From NCBI GenBank assembly GCA_021613535.1, contig CP075493.1, forward strand, positions 11,346,001 through 11,410,000: a stretch of 64,000 bases of DNA. The letters are read 5' to 3'. The position numbers and the translations under genes are program-made. Shown in pieces: positions 36,240-49,163 of this stretch (the stretch's first letter is position 1; every line of letters starts with the position of its first letter). The stretch comes from Adineta vaga (lineage: Eukaryota; Animalia; Rotifera). The notes under the pieces were generated by a model. That model was given only the letters and a program-made list of their open reading frames with translations, did no database searches and was not told where the DNA came from.

Positions 36240-37255
36240 ATCTTTTCTAAAAAAATCAATACGATACACTATTAACCAGGCAATATCTTTGAGTCAATAA
36301 AAAACGTAAACATCTGTTCTTCGATTTATTTTTGCTCGCTATTGTATATCAGCTATCGCTTTCGAGTCTAATCGACATGTCGTTGACAGTTGCGACTGGA
36401 ACATGAAAAATATATGGTAAAATTGTGATCATTTAGACAGACGACACCATAGTTCTCAACCATTTCGGTTGCTATGAGAGGATGTTCATATGAACTGAAA
36501 GATATAGTAACGATCAGAAAAATTCTTCGGAGTGAAAAAGATTTCCGAAAATTGAAACTCTATCGGTTGAGAAGAACGAAAAAGGACATTAGAGCACGAT
36601 CAAAACCGTAAAAATCAAGTGCAGAATAATAAATAGTCATTCTATATTTATTTTTATTATTCGATAAACCTTTGTCAAGTATATAAGCATGATGTAGCTC
36701 CTTATAAAATCTTTTTTTTCTCACCATAGACGTCACAGAACATTTGTTGTCAGTTTCAAAGTTATACGACTTCGATTTCTGCTTTTATATAAGAATAGAG
36801 TCATTCATATACTATTCAGATATTGGAAAAGTACTTTTAAATTCAAGGATATATAAATTTGCAATTGATAACAAATAGTCAATAAGATTGAAAATAGAAA
36901 AGATTTTATGAAGAAGAATATCATAGTCATAAACTTGAAAAGGGTTTATCAGATAATAAAGAAAAAGTGAAGATTTATTATTCACAATTTCACTTTTTAC
37001 ACTGTTCGTTATAGGTAATTAGTAAACTTTGATTAACAAATGGAGATTACATTGCTGAAATTTTCATAAAAGACACAGAGGGCAACGTGATTTTCTCATA
37101 TTCTGTATTTGTTATCAATTTGTAACAGCTGTAAAAATATATAAGAATTAATTTTTATTTATGCGCCACCGTCGCATATCGAGTGAGTGAAATAATTCTT
37201 TATTTCTTGAGTTATCTTAGAAAGAGTATGCTTGTATTACAAAAATTCAATTCAA

Positions 37256-40200
37256 TTATTCTGTTTGAAAAAAAGAAGAATATCCATAAATATCACGAGC
37301 TTTAGCGAATGCATCAATAAGAATAGACCATCGATGTTCATCCATTACGATATCAGTAATCATTTCATTCTCGTGAATTCGAATCAATGTTTTCGGATCA
37401 GATAACGCTGTCAGCAAGCAAGTACTGGACATTGTAATTGAAATGATGAACGAACGGAAATTATCATCATTCAGAGCGACTGTTTTTCGAGTATATAACT
37501 CAAGAAAAGGAACTATTGGAAACTGAAAGTAACGAAAAAAGAGTGAATCATATTGGGATGTTCGGAAGAGAAGATCTAAAGTTGTTTCATCGATATTTTC
37601 CAATACAGATGGAGCAATGTCTAATCTCCAAATTTCTTTACCATGTAGGGCTGATTGACGATTGAAGTAAGAGAAAGACGAATAATTCTCTAAAAGCTTT
37701 TGGAATTCTATTAAACTAGTGAGAGGTTTGCGTTCTCTAGTTATCTCTTGCACTGTTTTAATGAAGTTCGAAATTTCATTCTGTTCGTCGCATGTGTATA
37801 AAGTAAATGATGTAGGATCAAGTTGTAAGTGTCTAAGATTGTTCAGAGTCGGTCCTTTTGTAATAAGACGATGTATTAGTCGTAGATTACGTGGAATTTT
37901 ATCGTAGACCATCTTTAATGCATCAATATTTTCCGTTGTCCACAAATCAGGTAGAAAATAACGTCGTGTCGATGGATCTATGTTTAAAAGATCTTCTCTC
38001 CACGCTGTCAGCCAACAGTGATCATCAATCAAATCAACGAACCATTCAAATAAATATGTGTTGCTATAATCATGAGCACGACGATTTCTATTCGATATCC
38101 ATGTCAAAATAGGATCAATCGTTCTCTTATCGATGTTTTTTGCATCTTCGTGTGCAAATGGACAGCTTCCTCTAGGAAACCAATGAGCAATACGAGAACA
38201 ATGTCGAAGACCAACTAAATCTCGTGGTTCATTGTCGACAGTGGACCAAAATTGACTTGTACATAAACTGGAGCGTTCTATGTCGAAGAAAAAACGAAAA
38301 ACATCTCGTGTTCGATAGCTATATTTTTCTGAGCTATAAAATGGATTATTTCATCCGTATTTTTATTTAATTCCAATATTTTAATCATATAACGAGCTGC
38401 TAAATATTCTTGAAAGCTACGATGAATAAAAGAGTAGCTCTCATCGTTGAATGTAACAGAAGAACTTCGTTTTTCGGATATCAGTAAACCAATGCGAAGT
38501 ATAGAGGAAAATGATGAATCGGGCATTTTGCCATAATCTTGTCGACGAATAATAAACTGATTCGATTTAACTGCTTCAAATGCTAGATATTCCACATGAG
38601 CGAAAGCAATGGCTTGAGATTCTTGATAAATATTTCTTCCCGATAAAGCGGACCTACATAAATGATGATATTTCAGCAAATATTGTCGAAGAAGATAATC
38701 ACACATTTTTTCATAGATTTGTCCTCTCGTCATACTAAAATCAAATTTAGCTTTATCTTTTTCCCATAAATTGCAAATGATCTCCAAACATGCAGGAATA
38801 CGTCCTATTTTCATTAATTCATCAGAATAACGAATAAATGACCAGCATTCTTCTCCTGTAGTTCGAAGCATGTACGAAAAATATTGACTTATATATTTTT
38901 CAATATCTTCATAGGTAAAATTTTGAATTTGAATTTGAATATCATATGGAAAATCATGTATCGCATAGGGTCGAGATGTTACTAGCAAATGTACTCTATC
39001 GAACAAATCTTTTTTGATTGAGCGTAAATATGTCGGAATTACATGTTCATCGTATCCATCAAGAATCCAAAGAATATTGATGATGTTTCCAACAGATTTG
39101 TTAATTTTTGTTTATCTAAATTTTCAAGTTTACAATCTCGAAAACATTCTCGCTAGATAATATTTGCTAGAGAATATTTATTCTTTATTTTTGGGTAGAG
39201 TTTTGAATTTAAATTTCGCATTTTAATGTAGAACAACCATTCAAATCGATTTCGCCAGATTTCACCAATTGTCCATGAATATGTTATGTATTGACAGACC
39301 GTTGTTTTACCACATCCAGCTTCTCCAAGGATAAGCACACGAGGTTTATTGAGAATATTCTTTAGTTCTATTGATACATTGTTGTTTCGGAATCACAATG
39401 AAACATATTTTTCATTGAGGAGAGGACTAGTTTCGAGGTTGACATGACTTAAGAGCTGTTTATACTGTTGTCTGTAACTCATTTTGAGTTTTTCTTGAAG
39501 ACGTATTTTTTCTGGCAGAGGTAGACAATTGAAATCTTCTTTGGCTAATTTCCTATATTGATAAAACAGATCGGTGAGACTATGATGTGCTTCCTCTTCA
39601 GCAAGTTTAGCTAGCTGATTTGCATTGTTTTTTTCGTCTAATAGTAATTGTTCGCAAAGTACTTGATATCGTTCGCCTAAACGTATACGAAAGCCAGGTT
39701 CATAACATTTAACAAAACAATTCGTATCTGCTTGTTCAACAAAACTAGGTGAAGTTTTGTTTTGTACCTCTTCGAGATGATGAATTTGCCCATTGAGATT
39801 ATATATCAATGAACTACCCTCTTCGAATGTTAAATCTCGTCTAACACTATCGATTAATCTAATAAAATAGTCTATATTCAATTCTAACTTGTTCACATCT
39901 AACTTTCCAAGAATTCGTGGTGTAATTCGATTACAATCAAACGTGAACGATTCGATATTATGCATATTGCTTGGGTTCGAAGAACAAAGATTATCAATAC
40001 GAATGATAATATATGTTGAATCATTACGATGAAATGAAACGCAAACAGCATGTTCAATCCAACCCGTTGGAATAGTGTATTCCTGATTGATTTCGAGTTG
40101 TTCAATTATACTAATGACATTTTTGGCAATAGATCGATAATATTTGATTAAAACTTGAAATGATTGTATCTCAGAAAATGGTTGATTAAATATTTTATCC

Positions 40201-40828
40201 ATTTTGTCACATGAAATGTACGATATAGTAACAAGAAAATAATATGTTTCTAAATTATGTAAAAGTTCATTTTCAATGATTGTAAACATATGATTATCAA
40301 CATTGATCTTCAAATGAATAAGTTTTTGAAATAGTGTATAAATACGTAGTTGAAGAAGTATGTCCAATGTAGATCCTTTACATACCTTCTGGTTACGATG
40401 GATCACATGATCATAATCATGAAGAGCAGTAATAAGAGTATCGAAATCGTACTTCTTATATTCACTCGTAATACGATGACAAAGGAGACGACTGATCGTA
40501 TAATCAAAAAGTACGTCGTTTTTTTTTCTTTTGTGATCGATCATAGTGATTAATATAGAACATCCAATGCTTTTCCAATTGTTTTTGGTTTAAACGATTT
40601 CTATGTTCATAAAGTATATGAAGTGAAAACGATTTATCGTTTTTAGCTGCCAGTTGAGTTGGAGAAATAAATGCATGCGTATGATGATCATAATGAGATA
40701 AATTACAATCAACTCTGTGTTGAATCAGATCATTGATCAACTCTGTGTTCAATCAGATCATTGATCAATTGTGTGTTCGGATGTTTCTTTAGTGTCTTGA
40801 ATAAACATGTTTCAAGTGACAGCGTCAT
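37256..40828 (-). pseudogene. NLR-like pseudogene: ankyrin-like repeat + putative Cys-protease domain + NACHT NTPase + helical C-terminus
   Basis: Walker A GEAGCGKTT, Walker B ILWILDGYDE, LLVTSRP and FIHRSFQEYLAA. Lesions: 28-bp duplication at 40711-40766, frameshift at about 40525, in-frame stops at 39393 and 39153, frameshifts at about 39085 and 38325. Confidence 0.85.
40711..40766. repeat. 28-bp tandem duplication disrupting the NACHT gene
   Basis: AACTCTGTGTT(G/C)AATCAGATCATTGATC occurs twice with one mismatch. Confidence 0.9.
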
Positions 40829-41709
40829 AACATAATAGAATATATTTTTTTCTTTAGTTCGCCACGTACACAAAAAGAAGAAGATGATGAGGTTCTCATG
40901 TCAATAGAATATAATATTTTTGCATTTCTTTTTTCTTTCTTCTCTTATTAGCATTTCTCGTCGTAGCACTTAGATTTCATCAGTCGTGTTCGTACAACCA
41001 TATACTATGATGAATTCATTTTAACGAGAATAATGCATGACTAGATGAAATAATTTAGACACACTGAACGCTCTTAGAGACGAAATGCACGAGGAGCGGT
41101 GACATCAATAAACTTTCTTATTCATCAATAAAATATAAAAGCGATAAACATAGAATAAATAGCAAATACATTTGCATCCTTCGTGTTTTGAAGATTTGTG
41201 TAGATGAATCGATATTTTTAAAAAGAAGTAAAAAACACACTCTTCAAGAAGAAATCCGATAAATTCCATCCGATCTTGCAAAGCAATCGATTAAACACAA
41301 TTAGCTTTATGTTTCATTTGACGATACCTTTGAAAAATCAGTCGTGGCAAACAGAATAAAAAGTAAAAACAACAATAAAATGTAAACATCGGTCAATTTA
41401 AGAAGCGCTAGAACGTCGCACTTGGTCTATATTAAGAAATGAAAAATCAGAGTTGTACATTTGGTCTTCAATCGAACAAGAAAAAAGCGACAGTAAGTGT
41501 TGTTTGACAAGAGAATAACTAGAGAGCGAATATTTTTACTGACGATAAAAGAAGTTGCATCGGCCACAATTATAATCGAACTGTTGTTCAAGCTCATTTG
41601 ATAGTACTCACTAGATGATTTTGACAGAAAACAAGTGCGTAACTAGATTATAACAGACACTATTCTCTTTCAATCAATAAGGATCCACATCCATACTGCC
41701 TCATTTATA

Positions 41710-42342
41710 TTAGAAATAGCGGAGATTCCCGCTGCAAAGAGGACACAATTGACGTTTTTTTTATCTAGAACAGTTCTTTTCTCATCACACACTGGACCTC
41801 TGCGTTGGTATTTACCCGTCATCTATCAAAAAATCCTCACACCCTCCATGCCTGCCCTGCCCTAGCTAATGTAATTCTTCAGGTCGTCACTCAGCGCGAG
41901 TTACCTGTCTTCCACACGTCGTTCTCCTCTTTACTTAGACCCCTCCTATATCCCTTTTCACGTCTTGCATCAGGTCTTTTTTTCAGAACTTTTCGCATCT
42001 CTTCATTAGTTCTTTCCTACGGGTCTTGTCTCGCTATGCATACGATATACAGCTCGGTTCCTTTCAAAATTCACTCCCACCTTCCCGCTGCAACTCCAGT
42101 CCCTCAGTAGATCTACCTATCCTCAACCGCTCGCTGCAAATCATTCTATAATTTATACTTCAGATTCAGTTTTTTTGAGAACCCAACCCAGGCATTGCAA
42201 TTGTGCATCTTGGATGCAGACACCGAGCCCCCCCCCTCTACCCACACCCTCAAGCATTGTGGAAAGCTTGGTGACATTAGCTACTACAGGGACTGAATGC
42301 ATAGCAAACAGACAGACAAACTTCCTTCTTTATATATATAGA
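41710..42342 (-). mobile_element. Probable non-autonomous Helitron-like element
   Basis: Minus-strand 5' end A|TCTATATATATAAAGAAGGAAGTTTGTCTGTCTGT; putative 3' hairpin AGCGG..CCGCT then CTAA|T; GC-richer than the flanks. Confidence 0.5.
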
Positions 42343-42589
42343 TATAGATAGAGAAAAAAAATAATGAATTTACTTTTGATAAGAATGTCTCTTCGAAACA
42401 TCCATCGAGCCAAAGAATCAAACAATCCTAGATTAGCTCACTTCTAAATTGAAATTCGATGCATACTTCGTCCTGTGTGATTACAATTTCTATCAGTTTT
42501 TTTTACAAACATCTCTAGATTTTTCATTATACCTATCATCAATTCATATTCTATCATTGAATACTACTTCTAAGAAAAGTCGATTACAA

Positions 42590-44579
42590 ATGGCACAACA
42601 CGAGATTCAACTTACTAGTTTAACCATGGATATGCAACCACACATCCATCCAGTGGTTTCAAACCTTCGTAACGAAACACGAGCAGACACTTACATTGAA
42701 AATAGGTAGAAATACTATTGCATAAAATATTTCTATGGATTTGTTTTTAAGTGACAAAAAGAAAGAAAAAAAGACTTCTTGGTCTGCTTTAAAATGGCTA
42801 CTACTTATTCTGATTATCATTATAATTGGTTTATTGATCATCTGCATAGTCCTCGCGATTATGCTTGCAATTAAAAATACTGCAACAGGTATACATTACA
42901 ATTGATTTTTTCTTTGTGTCTTATATTCTTTCTCGTTGCTAACAATAAAGATTATTTGAGACATTATGAAAGTGTATAGAGCGCATTGCTTACACTCGTA
43001 CAAACCGGATGAAAAATGTAAGACAAAGTAATTGCACAATTCATCAATGTAAATTTATTGTAAATCATCAAAGTTTAGTATAGTACATGGAAAACGAGAT
43101 ACATTATGATACGATCGAAGAGTGCGAAAATTTGCGAGAAAAAAATGTATCCTGTCTATGTACTTGATATATGAAATTTGTTCCTTTTTTTCAAATAGAA
43201 ACCGTCATAGTAAGAACAACAACGACAACGACAACAACTTCAACGACCACGTCAACGACTACCTCGACGACGACTACAACTACTACGACTACATCAACAA
43301 CAACTTCCGCAACATCAGCAGAACTACGGAGTAAGTAATTAAGTTAGATAACATGTTCTTATTAAAAGGATAATTAATTCAAATGGGAAAAGCCACAAGT
43401 TGTATCTTTAGCTATTCAATATTCTCTATCATGATAGTAGATTTTCGAGTGCTGGTCATGACAACTCGAGGTTGACCTACTTTGCGTCGAAAATCAGCGT
43501 AGTATTACACTGATTACAGAGAAGGAAACTCATGTACAAGATTTAAAACATTTTCCTCTTCTGTTTTCGTTATTTTAGTATGGACAGTGACAGGAAATGT
43601 GAATACCGCACGATATGCACATACTGCATCGATATTAAACAATGGAAAAGTATTGATTGCTGGTGGAAATAGTGGCACTAATTATCTGAACAGTGTTGAA
43701 TTGTATGATCCATCAACAGGTATTTGGACAAATACAGGAAGCCTGAATACGGCACGACACGGACATGCATCATCGACATTAACAAATGGAAAAGTATTAG
43801 TTATTAGTGGACGTAGTAATACGGTTAATTATTTGAATAATGCTGAACTGTATGATCCGTCGACAGGCACTTGGACATATACAGGAAATATGAATACTGC
43901 GCGATTTGATCCCACAGCATCTCTATTAGGAAATGGAAAAGTTTTAGTTGCTGGCGGAGCTAATGTTAGTGTAGCTGTAAACAGTGCTGAATTGTTTGAT
44001 CCGTCAACCAATACTTGGACTAGTACAGGAAGTATGAACACTGCACGATATAGACATATCGCATCGGTATTAACCAATGGAAAAGTTTTAGTTGCTGGTG
44101 GAACTGATGGGAGTGTAACTTTAAAGAATGCTGAATTGTATGATCCATCAACCGCTACTTGGACTAGTACAGGAAGCATGAATGCTGCACGAGTTGATTT
44201 CAAAGTAGTCCTCTTAACCAATGGAAAAGTATTAGTTTCTGGTGGACACAATACTGCTGGTCAGCAGAGTAGTGCTGAGTTGTATGATCCATCCACTGGC
44301 ATTTGGACATATACAGGAAACATGAATATCCCACGATATTATCATTCATCATCCATATTAACAAATGGATTTGTATTAGTTACTGGCGGAATTCAGGATT
44401 CTAGTACTTATCTAAACAGTGCTGAATTATATAATCCATCTGTAGGTACTTGGATAATTACAGACGATATGAATGCTGGACGAAGTGAACACACAGCATC
44501 GATACTGACAAATGGAAAAATATTAGTTTCGGGTGGAGCCTCCTCTGGTACTTTTCCGAATATGGCTGAATTATATTGA
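42590..44579 (+). CDS. Type II membrane protein: cytosolic N-terminus, TM, poly-Thr stalk, 7-bladed kelch beta-propeller; 4 exons
   Basis: TM exon KWLLLILIIIIIGLLIICIVLAIML; Thr exon at about 43199-43330; seven repeats of MNTAR..H.AS.L.NGKVLV.GG...AELYDP. Confidence 0.88.
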
Positions 44580-45132
44580 TCAATAAGGACTGAACGATAT
44601 TTATTCTTTTCAAAGCTGAAAGACAAAATTTTATTTCTTAATTAAACACTTTCATTTTTAAAACTTTTAAGTTAAACGCTATCATTAATCGAACAATACA
44701 CGCGTGATATTCGAATTGAAACATATGATGTCTAATCAAATAATATAATAGTTGTCAGAAAGAAGCGTCAGTTGAGAAGAATTAAATCATTGTCAGTACT
44801 ACTAAATCACATTTTTTTTGTTTTAAGAATAGGTGTAGAATTGAATCTGAAATATATTATACTCTCTGTATCATCAAGTATATTTACTATCAAATCTCAA
44901 CAACACTGTCTGTTCAAGGGCGAATGTTTAGACAAAAATTTAGTATTATCTGAAATACACTTTCACATATTTGATGAGGGTACGAATATAGTAACAAAAA
45001 AGAAAACACTATGTCAACATCAATGGCATTCTAAACTAGAGAAAATACAGTAGAAAACTTCTCTGTATGACATTGATATCATGATTATTGATTTTTCATC
45101 AACTAAATTACACACATATGGAAATATAGTGT

Positions 45133-47507
45133 TCAATTCATAAAAATATCATCTTTCCATGTACCATCTTGAATTGTACCATTTGCAAAAATGAATTTTC
45201 CTAATCCCTGTTTATTATCATCTTTCCAATATCCTAGAAAATGATCACCTTCAGGCCAAAACATTTCACCATATCCATCTGCCGTATTATTTATTGAATG
45301 GCCAACATATTTTCTACCATCAGTATAATTATAAGTACCATTGCCATGCATCATGTCATTTTTCCAATGGCCTTGGTACCATGAATTATCCGGCCAATGC
45401 ATTTCACCATATCCATCTTTTGTATCATTAACAAAGTGGCCGATATATTTTCCTCCATCAGCATAATAATAAGTTCCATTTCCATTCATCTTATCAAACC
45501 TCCAGCCACCTTCATAACGTGCTCCTCCTGGCCAAACCATTGCACCATAACCATTGAATGTATCATTAACTGATTCACCAACATATTTTCTACCGTCTGC
45601 ATAATAATAAGTACCATTCCCATTCATCATATCATTTTTCCATCCGCCTATGTAACGGGCATCATCAATCCATTGCATAGTACCATAACCATCGAAATTA
45701 TTATCAACCAAGTGACCAACATATTTTTTTCCATCACTATAATAATATGTACCATTTCCATGCATACTATCATTTCTCCAATATCCTATATAATGATCAC
45801 CATTTTTCCAAAACATTTCACCTAATCCATCCTTAATACTATTGATATAGTGACCAATAAATTTTTTACCATCTGCATAATCGTAAGTTCCATTTCCATG
45901 CATACTATCATTTTTCCAGTATCCCAGATAATGATCACCTCCAGGCCAAAACATTTCACCATAGCCATCAGCTGTATCTTGAATTGAATGACCGATATAT
46001 TTTCTACCATCAGCATAATAATAAGTACCATTTTCATGCATCATATCATCTCTCCAATGACCTTCATATCGCGTATGATCTGCCCAGAACATTTGACCAT
46101 AACCATTGGATGAACCATTAATAAAATTGCCAACATATTTTCTACCATCAGCATAATAATAAGTACCATGACCATTTAACATACCATTACTAAGATATCC
46201 TTCATATCGATCATCATTATTGTAAGTAATATCTAGAATGTTTTCAAAGTAACATCGAATCATGTGAAAAGAAGATCAAACTCACTAATATAAGTTGGTA
46301 TGTTAGAAAACGTTGAAATGAACGGCCAACGATAGTTAACTTCGATACCACCTCGAAAACGATTTGTTGTTGAATTAAATTTTGGAATACGTGGACCTAG
46401 TACTATATATCAAGAATACAATTATTTCAGTGAAACACATAATAGATTAAATGAATAAAGTACCAGATTCAGGGCGAAATAATCCTGTCACATTAGTAGA
46501 TGATAATTTTCCACACTACAAATAAGTAATTTAGTCAATAGAAAACTTCTACATTTTATGTTTGTAACCTACTATTTTTTTCTCTAATCTTGCGTATCCT
46601 AATGCAATAAGTTCGGCTACGGAGAAAATTTGATCATGTTTGTTAAATAATGGAGGTAAAACATAAACTAGATGAATATTTATTTAAAGAAATACAATTT
46701 CTTATAATATTACTACTAACTATCTTTATTTGGTGCATAGATGACTGTTTGTGCACTTAACGAATGCAAAAAAATCCGCTGTGTAACTTGAAAACTTGTA
46801 AATGGTCCAAGCAAAGCTAATGAATATGAATTTCTGTTGAAAAATAGCATAAATGAAATGTTTTATTTTTACATACGAAATGTACGAAGAGTATATCGAG
46901 CTGCTGGAAAACGAAATCGTTGTGAGACTCGATGTCTACCATCTTCTGTTGGTTGACGTATGAAAATATTTATATGTCCGATTTTATTAGGTTTCTATTT
47001 ATCGAAAAGATACTTTTACAATTCGAAAACCTAGTTACAATCAAATAACTTACATAACGAGATCGTTGATCTTTTGATTCACTATTACCATATCTATTTC
47101 TACCAAATGATTGACTTGACCAATCATCGTCACAATTAGCAGCATTACCATCATCTATTTCATGATTTCCATGACGATTAAGTTTCGTCAATAACACTTT
47201 AGTTTAGAAATAAAAAAAATACAAGTTTCCTTTGCGAATTATATAATTTACTTTTGTTATCATTATTGGTTTTGTGTTTATTTTCATATATTTTAGAAGA
47301 AATTAACAGTGTTACAAATGTAATCATTATAATAAATAAACTAATAGCGGTACAAAGCCATATCGTTTTTGCAACACGATCAGTAGAATATGACCCTAAT
47401 CGTATACGCTGTTGTGGTTGTTGTTGTTCAGTTTCTATTGTCAAAGATTCTATTATTTCTTTTTCTTCATCTTCATACCACGATCTTCCATTTCTTGTAC
47501 TCATCAT
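45133..47507 (-). CDS. Type II membrane protein with an unknown ectodomain and 15 MORN repeats; about 8 exons
   Basis: TM IWLCTAISLFIIMITFVTLLI; six small in-frame middle exons; last exon has 23-aa Y.G.W....M.G.G repeats. Confidence 0.82.
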
Positions 47508-48084
47508 AGTTAAAAGTAATGTCTTTTAGATTAATACCACTTGTTTCGGAACAGATATTATAAAGAAAAAAGTTGCTCATTTTATAAGGGTTTTATACTT
47601 GCATTGATATTCTTTATCTGATAAAGATACGTTAACCACCATTCGAACCAAACGGTAATGTCAAAAGGAAGAAAGAAGAAAGAATACGAGTCACAAAAGA
47701 ATAAGGTTAAGTTTATATTATTAATAAAGATCCAGGTTTACTACTTACTATAAATGAATAATAAAATCATTCATTTTTTCGTGTCCCACAATAATCTAGT
47801 TGATTTTCATTGAAAAAAATGAATATATTAATGTGATAGATCTTACAAGTAATTATCTTACACAGCGTCTATGTTGAAAATAGGTAAGAGTAAATATCTG
47901 CAAAGTGGTATAGAGAAGAATAGAGGTGAAGGTGAAAAGTATGATTAACATACTATGCCTCGAATATGGATGACAATAGGTTAAAAGTTACAGGTGAATC
48001 TACAAACAATAAGACAAATTAATTTATCACTGAAGTTAGAAATACGGCTAGTATTAATTGACTGATTCATACTGTGTCACAATC

Positions 48085-48225
48085 CATTCAAACGACGTAA
48101 TAATACTAGAGGAACAATTAGTTGTCCTTGTATTGTTTGTGGTAATATTCACAATGAACATCATTATGGTGTTCTTATCTGTAATCCATATAAGATATTC
48201 TTCAATCAAACTCTTCAACAATCAT
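48085..48225 (+). pseudogene. Degenerate nuclear-receptor first zinc-finger remnant
   Basis: One frame reads CIVCGNIHNEHHYGVLICNPYKIFF versus consensus CxVCGD...HYGV.TCEGCKGFF; the fourth Cys is Tyr and no second finger is recognisable. Confidence 0.55.
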
Positions 48226-48595
48226 CAATCAATTCTTTCTTGTTTTTTTTAAATTTTTATCAACATTTCATCCTAGAACATATATTGTCTGCATTCTTTT
48301 AACATGAAAGATATAGTATTTATCGAAAGAATTCATTCATCGTACTGTCAGTATTATTCCAAGCCTATACTCTCAAGCACAATAGTTTCATCTACACAAT
48401 TACCGTGGACGTATAACTTACTATATTCAAAGATTTGCACTACTGATGTGATTTGTACGAAATCAAATTCTAACGGACCAAAAACTGATGTTTTTCGATA
48501 TATATAGTATATAAGTATAAATCAATTGCGCAATAGCTCAAATTCTGACAGATTGGTTGGAAGTTACATTCGACAAAAAAATCCAAATTTTGGAT

Positions 48596-48699
48596 TTTTT
48601 CCCAGTGAATAGATTATTTTCTTTTCAGACTTTATAAGTGGATGTCTTTTGGTTATTTTTCATACTTCCGTTTCATGTATTACATTTCACTGGGAAAAA
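48596..48699. promoter_or_regulatory. Perfect 14-bp inverted repeat upstream of a TATA-like box
   Basis: TTTTTCCCAGTGAA (48596-48609) and TTCACTGGGAAAAA (48686-48699); TATATAAG at about 48723. Confidence 0.5.
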
Positions 48700-48790
48700 C
48701 TTTTCAAGGATATTCATATATATATAAGCAGCAATATTCACGACGTTATTGTACTTTTTTTTCCTTTTAATTACGTTGATCATTCTCTTG

Positions 48791-49163
48791 ATGGCTGAAG
48801 ACAAACGACAAAGAAATATCAAAAACCAAGCAACTGCTCCACTGATAACGGGTTTAAGTCAACCGTCAATCAGTCAAGCTATAGAAGCGGCACTGAAAGC
48901 TGAAAATGCTAGACCTCCCATACAAATCCGACGAGATGGACCAGGTCATTATCAACTTAGAATTCAAAGAAATATAATATACTCAACAGGTAGTAGATTT
49001 TTTTATAGAAAAATCAACGTATGCTATTTTTTTCGTCGTAGGTGGAGACTATGGCCATTTAACATACGAAGAAATTCTCGGTATAATTCGACATTATTTT
49101 GCAAGCAGCGAAGAAAGATTTAATGTTTTTCATCGTGGTAACGATAATATATTCAATTTATAA
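48791..49163 (+). CDS. Orphan small protein (about 106 aa), 2 exons
   Basis: MAEDKRQRNIKNQATAP...NIIYST|GGDYGHLTYEEILGIIRHYFASSEERFNVFHRGNDNIFNL*; GT-AG intron at about 48990-49041; TATA upstream and AATAAA downstream. Confidence 0.7.

Noticed and set aside
39393-39395. In-frame TGA in the NACHT gene as possible selenocysteine or readthrough
   Set aside because: The same gene also has a TAG, several frameshifts and a duplication; decay is the simpler explanation.
41805-42110. 101-aa ORF in the GC-richer tract
   Set aside because: Lies within a probable TE remnant; no domain and no ATG start.
43122-43334. Asn/Asp-rich 70-aa ORF
   Set aside because: Alternative frame of the poly-Thr stalk exon.
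43587-44579. Regular 140-150-bp repeats that could be mistaken for a CRISPR-like or satellite array
   Set aside because: They are in-frame kelch repeats; there are no unique spacers or cas genes.
45133-46230. 69/138-bp periodicity
   Set aside because: Explained by coding MORN repeats.
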